Made by a program: the position numbers and the translations under genes. Under the pieces are notes generated by a model, which worked only from the letters and a program-made list of their open reading frames with translations, was not told where the DNA came from and made no database searches. Positions 12,897 to 23,390 of a stretch of DNA of 64,000 nt are shown here, piece after piece. The stretch is from Callorhinchus milii (taxonomy: Eukaryota), in assembly GCF_018977255.1 (NCBI RefSeq), contig NW_024704743.1:5520001-5584000 (forward strand). The letters are read 5' to 3'. Position 1 is the first letter of the stretch; every line of letters starts with the position of its first letter.

Positions 12897-13298
12897 TAAT
12901 AATAATAATAATCCTCGTGCCTTTCATGTCAGGAGGGTGATTCAAAGCCCTTCACAGGACTTATTGTGAAGTGTAATGACTATGTATGTTGTAAGCAAAC
13001 ACAGCAGCCAATTCGAGCACAGTAATGTCCCACAAACGGGCGGGACACTTATCTTGCACGTTTTGGGCCAGGTCACCAGGAAAAGCTCCCTTTTTAAATA
13101 AAGCCGTGTAATCTTTAACATTCGCCTGAACAGACAGACGGAATCTTATCTTAATATCTTCAAAGAATGGCGCCTCCAACAATATGGTGCTGTCCCAGCA
13201 CTCTCTAGATTGTACACGTAGACTGTGAGCTCAAAATCCCAGTGTGGGACTTAAACCTACAAACTTCTGACTCTACGGAGAAAGTGCTGCCAAGTTGG
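12897..13298 (-). mobile_element. SINE-B (SacSINE1/DeuSINE-like), near full length
   Basis: Antisense tRNA-like head (gtgggacttaaacctac..ttctgactct), central Deu-like body, tail. Confidence 0.75.
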
Positions 13299-13758
13299 CA
13301 CACAAATAATATTGTCATATTATGTGTAATGTATGTTTGAAAAATATCAGATATCAATAATCATCCAGCAGCTGATGGGGCTTTAATTTCAGACATAAAT
13401 TTTATTTCAATTTTTAATTAGAAATTGATTTTTATATGGATCTGACGCAGATGGTTTAAGAAAGGTCCACACTGCTCTGACAGTTAGTTTATAATTCTGA
13501 GGCTATATTTTAAGTTACGTCGCCTTGAACTTAATAAAGGCCATTAGAAATGTATTTTTAGAAAATCAATACAAGTGCAAAGATAGCCTGTGAGAGGCTT
13601 GATGAGGCAGAGAAATAACTGAACTTAATGAAAACTAAAATTGAAACATATTGGATGGATTATTTCAAATAAGTTCAAAAAATGTTTTTGAAACAAAAGG
13701 TGTTTGGGGTTTGATGCTGGAAGTGATTCATCAGAGCTCAGAATTGTAGCTTCCCAAT

Positions 13759-14082
13759 TAATAATAATAATAATAATTCTTGCATTTGATATAGCGCTTT
13801 TCACGTTGGGAGGACGTCCCAAAGCGCTTCACAGAATATACTGTAAAGTGAATTGACTGTATATTTGTGGGCGAACGCGGCAGCCAATTGCGCACAGCAA
13901 TGTCCCACAAACAGTCGTAGATTGAAAATGACCAATTTATTATTGTTTTTGGTTTTTTGGAGGGATTATTATTAGGTGTGTGGAGTAAGGAAACTTGCCC
14001 ACGGTTTCGCCCTCTGCCTGGAACTGAACTCAGGTCTCTCACTTGCAAAGCGAGTGCTCTAACCACTGAGTTACAGGACTCC
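13759..14082 (-). mobile_element. SINE-A, full length, short subfamily
   Basis: Antisense ggagtcctgtaactcagtggttagagc head; tail with gggacgtcctcccaacgtgaaaagcgc. Confidence 0.95.
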
Positions 14083-14477
14083 TTTTTTTCTATTCTCAGA
14101 AGCCCATTGTTAATGTTTCATTAGACAAACTGCGTAAGTGACAAACTGTATAAATCTCAAAATAGTTTTAAGATACATTTACATTGTACATTTTCCCGAC
14201 AACGTTTCACTATCAAATCTGTTTCCATTGTGTTCACTGCAGTAGATGGTGTGGAACTTGAAGTACCAGCAAAATGCTTGAGCCTGTTCTTCCAAGTATG
14301 TGCAGTAATTTTTATATGTTCAGTTGCACCTCATTTATTTGTTAAAAACTGACTTGTTTGAAATGTATTCTCAATCTCAGAGCAGTTAAGATGGACAGAG
14401 AACGTCTTTAAACTTCATTCATGCCAAAAAAGAAATCATTAAAGTGACAGAACATTTTTTTTCTGTCACTCAGCCTA

Positions 14478-14670
14478 GTAATAATAATAAGATTAATAAT
14501 AATAATCCTTGCATTTGATTTACCGCCTCATCAAGTCGTTGATGTGTCCCAAAGAGCTTCAAAGAATATATTGTAAAGTGAATTGCATGTATATTTTGTG
14601 GGTGAAATGCGGAAGCCAATTGTGCACAGCAGTATCCCACAAACAACTGTGGTTAGAGTGACCAATTTTT
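14478..14670 (-). mobile_element. SINE-A 3' half
   Basis: (AAT)n-ccttgcatttgat...gccaattgtgcacagcagt. Confidence 0.85.
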
Positions 14671-14911
14671 TAATATATATATGTAGCAGAGATGAGAGGA
14701 TCGAATATTTTATCTCCTCAGAAATATTTATGCTAAGTTTCATCACTTAATCTTCAAAGATGAATCAAGCAACAATGTATTTAAACTTACATCTCGTATT
14801 CAAAGCTGCTCAAGACAATCTGCCGCCTTAGGCAAAACTTAAGTGTGCCCTCACCCCTCCTACCCACTTAAGTTTGAAGTTTGAGCAATTTAGGTTTAAC
14901 TTAAGAGAGAT

Positions 14912-16870
14912 CACAGTCACGGCCACCCACTCGATTTGGTGATCACCCGGGGCCTCAGTGTCTCGGATGTCACTATTACCGACAAGGCCATCTCTGACCA
15001 CTACTTCATCTCCTTCACCTCCTCCACCCCCTTCCCCACCTCCACCAGACCCACCACCATCTTCTACCGCCCTTGGAAGAAGTTACCCCCACAATCCCTA
15101 ACCGATGCCTTGGAGTCCTCTGAACTCCTCTCCCTCTGGCCTTCAACCCTCACCGACCCCTCTTCTCCTCTCTCCCTCCTCCACAATACCCTCTCCTCCA
15201 CACTCGATACTCTTGCCCCCATCACTTCCCGCACTGTCTCCTACTCCCGCTCCTCCCCCTGGTACACCACCCACCTCCGCTCACTGAAATGCCAGGTGCG
15301 GGCTGCTGAACGCACCTGTGCCAAATCTGGCCTAACGGTCCACCGACAAATCTGGCTGGACCTCCTCAAAATTTACCGCTCCACTCTAGCCTCGGCCAAG
15401 TCGTCCTTCTACTCCAGGATAATCCTGGAGGCGAAGAACAACCCCAGGCTACTGTTTTCCACCACAACCCGACTCCTCCGTCCCCCCCGCTACCCCGCGC
15501 AGGTCATCTCCTCCAACCTTCACTGCGAGGAGATGCTGGATTTCCTTGAATCCAAGATCAAGGGAATCCGCTCCGCGGTCACTTCCCCTCCAACTTCCAC
15601 CCACCACCCACCCCTTCCCTCCCACACTCCGACTCCTACCCATCCTCCCCTACACACCTTCGTACCCGTTTCCCCACCCTCTGTCACTGAACTCATCCTA
15701 TCCCTAAAACCAACCACCTGCTCCCTTGACCCCATCCCCACTCTGTCCTTGGTCCCCTCCTCTTCACCCTCTATATACTCCCCCTTGGCGACATCATCCG
15801 CAGACATGGAGTTAACTTCCACATGTATGCGGATGACACCCAACTCTACCTTTCCTCCTCTACTCTCAACTCCACGACCACCGATGTCCTGACAGCTGTC
15901 TGTCCGACATCGAGTCCTGGACGAGAGACAACTTTCTTCAGCTCAACGTGCGAAAAACCGAGGCCCTCCTGATTGGCTCACGTCAGCGCCTCCGCACCTC
16001 AGGCGCCGACACCATCAGCATCCAAGGCTGCACTCTCCACCTCTCAAAGCCAGTCAGGAACCTCGGCGTTTTGTTCGACCCTGAGCTGTCCTTTCTCCCT
16101 CACATCCGCACCACAACTGGCACCGCCTTCCATCACCTCCGGAACATCGCCAGACTACGGCACTACCTCACCCCTCACGCTGCTGAAACCCTGGTCCACG
16201 CCTTTATCACCTCAAGGCTGGACTATGGGAACTCTCTCCTCGCCGGCCTTCCCGCACCTCCCTCCACAAGCTGCAGGTCATTCAGAACTCTGCAGCTCGT
16301 GTACTGTCCCGCACCAGGCTTCGGGACCACATCACTCCCACCCTCGCTCGCCTCCACTGGCTCCCCATCCCCCAGAGGATTGATTTCAAGATCCTCATCC
16401 TCACCTACAAGGCCATTCACGGCCTCGCTCCCTCCTACCTCTCCAACCTACTATCCCCCTACCTACCTGCCCGTACCCTCCGTTCCTCAGGCTCTGGTCT
16501 GCTCCACGTCCCCCGCCCCAACCGCCCTACCATCGGTGGTCGGGCCTTCAGCCTCTCAGCCCCCAGGCTCTGGAACTCTATCCCCCAGTGCCTTCGCCGC
16601 TTCCTCCCTTTCCTCCTTCAAGGCCGGTCTCAAAACCTTTCTCTTTGACCGAGCCTTCAGCTCCCCTCTCGACTCTCTTCCCCTCCTCGCTCCCTCCCTT
16701 CCCTCCCCTCACCCTGACCATTTCCCCCCTCCTCGCTCCCTCCCTTCCCTCCCCTCACCCTGACCATTTCCCCCCTGCTCGGGTCATGACCCAACTGTGC
16801 AGCGCCTTGGGACGTCCTCCTGACGTGAAAGGCGCTTTATAAATGGAATCTTGTTGTTGTTGTTGTTGTT
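14912..16870 (+). mobile_element. L2 LINE ORF2 remnant (APE C-terminus, linker, deleted RT, C-terminus, 3' UTR)
   Basis: HGHPLDLVITRG and ISDH (APE), [49 protein letters not shown], tail (TTG)n. Confidence 0.97.
16685..16776 (+). repeat. Perfect 46-bp tandem duplication in L2 3' UTR
   Basis: cctcgctccctcccttccctcccctcaccctgaccatttcccccct at 16685-16730 and 16731-16776. Confidence 0.95.
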
Positions 16871-18224
16871 GAGATGAATTTACCTTAAAATGTCTGCAGG
16901 CAGCTGCCGGCACTAGCAAGTAGCCCTTGCTGCAGCCCAGCTTGGTCTCTATTTCGCCAGTCGAGCATTCAAAATAAATCCCAGAAGTCTGCTGTCCTAG
17001 GTAGCTGCCTAGTTTATCTATAGCTAGAGTGATCCTTGCTCGTATTAGTCATTCTTGATCAGTTGGGTGACCTTTCCTAACTCCCAGCAACCTCTGGATG
17101 ATGGTTCCACACCAGTATTTGAGCATCACAATCTGTACATAAGCTTGTAACCTTCATTCCTCTTCCCAATCCGATTTTCATTCATCTCATTCATTTGTTC
17201 CTGAAGTCTTGTTCTATTTCATCACTGTGAGTGAGTCCAGAGTACATATTTGGGAAAACAGTTACTTCTTATATCTTGCTCGAGGCTGCTTAATGTTATC
17301 ATAGAATCATAGAATTATTTGGCACAGAAGGAGGCCATTCGGCCCAATGTGTCCGTGCCTGTTATGTAAACTCATATCCTGTGTTTTCCCATTACAGATG
17401 CTCGCCCCATCTATTTCTTGCTGTTCTTGTGTTAGATGCACATTTTGTATGTTATTGGTTCTGTGGCCATGGGTGCAAACCGAATGTTTCATTTGTTTTG
17501 TTTTGTTGTGAGAGCTACCAACGTGTCTGTATTAGCAGGCGATCCAGGGAGCTTTAGACTGTATTATTGAGATTAGGACTGATTTTGCAAAAATAAAAAT
17601 GTGTGTGTAGGTAGGAAAAAAAGACAATGCTGGATTCCCCTTTTATAATATTCTAATACGCAAAACATCTTCTCATCTTCTGCCCCAGTCAAGAAGTTGT
17701 TTGTTGGTCTTTGTTGATTTCTACAGAATTAAAGAATACTTGTGTTGATGTGCGAACCAGTGCGTTATCTTAAGTATAAATGGTTTCTTTGACTTAACAA
17801 AGAGTAACCAATAAGTCATCTGAATATTTAAAGCAACTGTTCTTCCCCCTCCCCTGCATATTTGCGGTAATGATTTCAAGAAATTATATGCTGTACGTGT
17901 GGAAACTGTTGTATTCTGGTTCCTAACAACTTCGGGTTAGATGTAGGGGCAGCTGCTGACCTGTGCAACTCGTTGGATTGGACCTTGTTGCTTCGTGTGT
18001 TGCTGTGGTTCTCTGCACGGTCTCTGCTGTGGGGTCTCCTGCTGCATTAGCTGCCACAAGATGTTCTTCTCAAAGAACATTGTGCTATAGGAAGGATATG
18101 TACTGTAGATTCCCTGCTCAGCTGCAATATCCTGCAGCTGTTTCCTAGCAATGGGAGATGTAGGGATGTTATGAAATGAATAAACAACAGTCAATCTGAT
18201 TTAGATTCAATCTGGCTCTGGCTC

Positions 18225-18410
18225 AGCCTGGTTCAGTTGGTAGCAATCTCACCTATGAGTCAGATGATTATGGGTTCAAGCCCCACATTCGGACTTTGAA
18301 CTCATATAGTCCGGGCTGACACTCTCGTGCGGTGTTTGGGATCGCTGCATTATCAAAAGTGTCATCCTTCAGACGAGACATTAAAACGAGGTCCCGTTTG
18401 TCAGGGTGAG
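18225..18410 (+). mobile_element. SINE-B 5' half
   Basis: cctggttcagttggtagcaatctcacc..gagtcaga..gggttcaagcccca..gtcatccttcagacgagacattaaa. Confidence 0.8.
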
Positions 18411-18431
18411 GTCAGTTACCTGAGTAAACGT

Positions 18432-18915
18432 TTTGTACATGAACGAATGTAGCATAAGAAATAAAGCAAGTGAGTTCGAAGAACAAATTCAGCTTAAAGA
18501 TGTTTTTCTCACATGTTTTGACTTGTCACACTTTTTTTGTGTTTACTTCCTAGAACCCTTTGATGTCTCTGAGTATTTATGTTTTCGTTGTCACTTTTTG
18601 TACTCTGACCTTATGCTCTTATCCCTTTTTATTATTATCACTAATTTATTGTGATGTCCACCCGAACCTTCCCCCACCTTTACTGGTTTAAAGCCCTTTC
18701 TACAGTCCTATTTATCCTTTCCGCTTGGTTCCAGCCCAGTTCAGGTATAACTCATCCCAGCAGTACAGCTCCTTGCTGTCACCAGTACTGGTGCCAGTGT
18801 CCCAGGAAATGGAACCCATCCTTCCCACATCATTTTTTCAGCCACTCACTTACTTTTCTGATCTGTTTATCCCTGTGCCAATTTGCACGTGGCTGAGGTA
18901 GTATTCCGGAGATCA
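18432..18915 (-). mobile_element. CR1 ORF1 (SGNH esterase) end, spacer and ORF2 start (ORF2 start inverted)
   Basis: Minus strand MISGILPQPRANWHRDKQIRKVSEWLKK*CGKDGFHFLGHWHQYW; plus strand LYMNECSIRNK at 18433. Confidence 0.8.
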
Positions 18916-19757
18916 TGTCAAGATGGACGTCTCAGAGCGCTTCACCGGAATTTGCTGTAATATGTAGTGACTGTATGTTATAGGTGCACGCGTGCAGTGG
19001 ATGTGATTGCAGATGCAAAACGTGATATTATAAACATTTGAGAATCACGGAAAAAAATTCAAACTCCAATTAAAATAGGCCCCTGAACACCGTAGCAGTG
19101 GAAAATAATTGCTAAAGCTAGAATAAAATCAACAGCAAATTCTATTATTGAAAACTTTAGAAAATATAGAAGGAGATAACCATATGCAAGTGCTTTGGTC
19201 TACACTTAAGGTCTGAATTATCCCCCAACTTCTTGAGAAAGGTTTCTTCCTCATTCTTTTCAGAATGGAATCGGATTTTAACTTGGTAACAACCTTGGAT
19301 TTTAAATCCTAGCCGCTAAAAGATCTTTTGAATGTATTTTTATAAACTTTTCAAACCATTTGTGAATCATCATCTAACAAAGAAGCTTGAAATCTGAGCT
19401 CCGCAAATCCCAGTTTAAGATTTTACCAAATCGACTTGTTCATGACCAGAATCCAGTTCAGTGATGCTGCAAAGTGCCTGTGGATGCTTGGACCTTGGAT
19501 GAGGATAATCTGCTTGTGGCCACTGTCCAGGAGCACACACAAAGACCAGTGACTTGGGCAAGGGTACTGAACCCAACAAAAGTAAGTCTTCAGCGTTGGA
19601 TTCAAAGGTCAGGAGTGGAACTAACCACTCTGCTGAAAACTGTCCAGAAAAGACCAACTTACTCTGTCCAGACAACAGATAAAGTTGGGAACTTGTGAAC
19701 AGAAGGACCAAAGTCATTTGCATTCAATGCTTTACAACTCATTTAATTGCTAAGGCA

Positions 19758-19790
19758 AACACACACACACACACACACACATACATACAT
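19758..19790 (+). repeat. (CA)n / (CATA)n microsatellite
   Basis: Direct reading. Confidence 0.95.
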
Positions 19791-20609
19791 ATAGTTTTGC
19801 ATTGATTCAACAAACAGGGTTGCAAAACGCAGTTACAATAGACAATATTATGCTTTTATGTTCATATATAGTATGTCACTGTGGTGACAATATCAAAATT
19901 CATACACAAGAGACACAATTCTCTTGATTTGGGGACGCTGATAACAGTGGGTGTTGAATCTCTGGCATCCTGTTCTTGTATTATCAAAATCTGTTCTTTC
20001 TTCTGATGTTACTTGATTCTTGAATCCTCGAACGGCTTGAATCTCAGAACCAGGGATGGAGTTCTGCCTTCCTGGAGGACGCAAACAATGTCCTCGCTTT
20101 CACACCAACTCGAAATGCTGAAGTGTAGCTCAACTATGTTTCTTTGTATCATGTCAGCACTTTCTCACCCACCCAATGATTGTTTTAATCACATTGGTCC
20201 TGGGTCAACTTTGATTAAAAATTACAGGACTGTACAACAGCAATTAATTCATGACACAACAATACTCAGATGCAATAACAAATTCATCTCTTCTTTCTCA
20301 GCCAATTTAATTTCATAATACAATACAGAGCATACCATTTTATCTAGTGTTATATTAGCTACCTATGACACTTGTTATGCTGAGCTATAGGCCTAGAAGG
20401 GACAATTTCAATGGCAAATTGGCATTACCATTTCCCGTTATATGCCAATCCCACAAACTCAAGTTGAATGCTCCACCATTGTCTAGTCCCAAGGGGAAAA
20501 AGTTTATGCCGTTACTTAATACTGGTTCCATATACATATATTCTACCTTGATAGTAACTTAATTTTACAATTAATAATAATAACTTACAGTACAATACTT
20601 TCTCAAGTG

Positions 20610-20731
20610 GGGCGAAACCTTAGGCAAGTTTCCTTTCTCCACACACTTCTGTTTACCTAACAGTAAGTAGCAACCCGGTTGTTAGTCAATAGGCAGATCA
20701 CTTTCCAGGGGTAAGAATTCCTTAAAATAAA
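20610..20731 (+). mobile_element. SINE-A long-subfamily fragment, cut by a Helitron
   Basis: ggcgaaaccttaggcaagtttcc..ctgtttacctaacagtaagtag..ggggtaagaattcc. Confidence 0.85.
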
Positions 20732-21268
20732 TCTATACTAATAAAACGACAATGTCTGTCTGTCTATCTGTGTGCGCTTCAAGAAGGATCTCAATACTGA
20801 TTGACACAGAGACATGATTTATACCTCATTGGACAGGTCTTGCAACTGGGAGTGACATGGGCATATTGTTTTCAGATATCTCCTATCGTCCATGAGTTAT
20901 GACCTAAAATGTATTTCAGTTTTGCGTCTTTTGCTACAGTTACACCTGGTGGCCGTTGAGTCAAAGTAGAGTCACTGTGGCATCGTGCGGTTACACCCGA
21001 TGGTCGTGCTGGCTGACCATGGCTGTCTAGCATCCTGCGTCACAGAACACACATGTAACTAAGCGGCAGCGGGGACAAAATAAAGAACACAGACGAAGCT
21101 AAGCCGCGGCAACAACAACAACATTTAATTTTTAAAGCGCCTTTCACATTGGGAGGAGGTGCCAGTGATTATGAATTATACATTTATATATATCTTTATA
21201 AAGATGCCTAAGCGAAAATCAAACCGTTCAAGGATAAGTAAAAATGCTAGACAAAAGAGAAAAGTGAG
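20732..21268 (+). mobile_element. Helitron 5' fragment
   Basis: A|TCTATACTAATAAAA 5' terminus; colinear with reverse complement of 59900-60333; ORF start MPKRKSNRSRISKNARQKRKVR. Confidence 0.85.
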
Positions 21269-22319
21269 GTGGCCGTGTAAGCACGGTCGAAGAGGAAGGT
21301 TTTCAGGCGGGACTTGAGAAAGGGGAGAGAGTGGGCAAGGTAGAGGGATTGAGGGAGAGTCACTATAGTATAAGGCATGATACCAAATGCAAGGATTATT
21401 ATTATATTATTTTATATCAAGAGAATGTCCCAAAGCGCTTCACTTGATATACTGTTCTATAAAGTGCAGTGATTACACTTCGAACTCACAGGCCCGAGCA
21501 CTACCAAATGAGCCAGACAAGTGCACAAATACTGACTGGAGTACAGCAACGTGGCTCTTAAACTTTCACATCTAGCCTGTGCTTCTCTCTCTGACTTGGG
21601 CACCAGGAGAAAAGTAGAAAAATATTCCATTCCCAGCCTGGCACTGACATCCCACGGCTTAATGAGTACAAAAAAATTAAGAAAATTGCTTTTCAAAAGG
21701 TGAATGAAATGTTCCATGAAACTAGAACATTTTTTCTTAACAGCTTGATTCAAAAAGCAATTGCAACCAGAGACTGCTGGCTTTAACCTTTTGGATGGCA
21801 GAACTAATTTAGAATATTGTTTTGAAAGTTTCCCCTGAGGAAACAATGTTTTTAAAATGAGCTTGTGTTTCCTCAGCATTGCTTCACCAAGTTGGGATGC
21901 AACTCAGGAAAATATTCACTGGTAGGAACAAAGGGTTTCAAATCTGTTAGGATTTCTGGCCGACATTTACACAGACGCACATGTGTACAAGACACGATTT
22001 CAGACACAAATGAAAGGAGACGGATGGGAATCTTGAATGCACCTGAAACAGGTAAGAGCAGAAAAGCCTTGTTTTCAGAAGCAAGACAATGAATTATTGG
22101 TGGAAAAAATTATAAAATGAACCTATTCTACCCACTCTACCCTTCAAGCTCTGCCATCTTCCCCAGTCCCATTCTTCTGTCCACTCCTTAAGCTCTGCAA
22201 ACCTGGTCCTGCTGCACATCGCTATCCCCCTCCATCCCATTATTAGCTTCCAAGCTTTCAGGAAGTGCAACTGGAACATTCTTAATGATGTTGAGGAAGT
22301 TTTTTTGGCCAGTTGGGTA

Positions 22320-22490
22320 TCTGACACATGTGGAAACCCATTACCATGCTTAAGAGCATCCATACCAAATGAGAGCTCCATGAATCCCACCTATACATGG
22401 AAATTGCCAAGATGTTCATTGGAATAGCATGTGCACTGGAGAAGCAAATCCTGCTTACCTAACTCCCGGAAAGTATGAGGCGCAGGTTGG
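22320..22490 (+). repeat. Unclassified repeat family X
   Basis: tctgacacatgtggaaacccattaccatgcttaagag...cctgcttacctaa..ggcgcaggttg shared with 26911-27092(-), 38364-38430, 49476-49520. Confidence 0.75.
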
Positions 22491-23029
22491 CAAGAGCCAA
22501 GGCTTGGGGACTTCAGAATGTACGTTGGGGTAGTGCCGAAACTACATAGCTTTGCCATTGATAGCATTGTCTGGCAAGCTTTTCTGCTGCTTGTCCAGCT
22601 ACGACAACTCTACCCATTAGCGCTTTGACTTGCAGAATTAACAGGAGCTGAGTGGGATGACTCCCTGCTCCCATTGACTGGTCTGCCTTTCCAGGTCCTA
22701 CCGATAAGCCAGGACGGGCTGGGCTGCCATCAGCAGTGCATGCTGAGGAAGAGATTGTTCTGGAGGTTTAGACACATTTGGATCTTTATGGCTGGGAGGG
22801 TGAGTAAAAGTCGCAGAAAGGCAAATGGGGTATTGTGCTTCATATATAGGATTAGAGGGAGTTGAAAAGGGCTTGAGAAAAACGGCAGCATAAGTAATAC
22901 CTCACAGCAGAAAAAGCACTCCAGGAAATAATGTGAATTTCAATATACTTCAAAACCTAAACTCCTGTTGAATATCAGCACCTAAGTCAATTTAATTTGT
23001 AGAACCGAGAGTGTAGAATACGTTAAATG

Positions 23030-23390
23030 GAAAAAAAATCCTCATATTCACCTACAAATCACCTCACGCACCTCTCTACCCTGCTCACACCCCACTCCTC
23101 TATCTACCCCTTCACATGGTTGGCTCAGATCTTCTGCGCATCCCTGAACCCCTTCACTACACCATCAGGTTTCGTGCCTCCATTACCACTGAACCTCTGG
23201 AATTCGCTGTCTCATTCCTTCCATTGTCACATCTTTACCCATTTCAAGTTCGTACCTGAGGACTTTCCTTTTTGACCATGCCTCCCGTCACCTCCCCTGT
23301 CTCCCCGGCTGAGCATCAAACTACTCCATTGTTCAATCCTCTGATCCTACCTCATGTGAAAGGTGCCATATAAATCCAAGTTGTTGTTGT
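23030..23390 (+). mobile_element. Degraded L2 3' fragment
   Basis: aacctctggaattcgctg..ctttcctttttgacc..aaatccaag(ttg)n. Confidence 0.75.

Larger units (their letters stand above)
14801..17038. mobile_element. hAT-type MITE (about 270 bp) interrupted by an L2
   Basis: Identical 8-bp flanks CTCGTATT at 14793-14800 and 17039-17046; degenerate CA..TG ends; subterminal gccgccttagg / gctgtcctagg / gcctag motifs. Confidence 0.7.

Noticed and set aside
14936..15892. 318-aa ORF as a host gene
   Set aside because: L2 ORF2 fragment with a deletion and frameshift
17937..18194. 85-aa Gln-rich minus-strand ORF, faintly transposase-like
   Set aside because: No diagnostic motif; cannot assign
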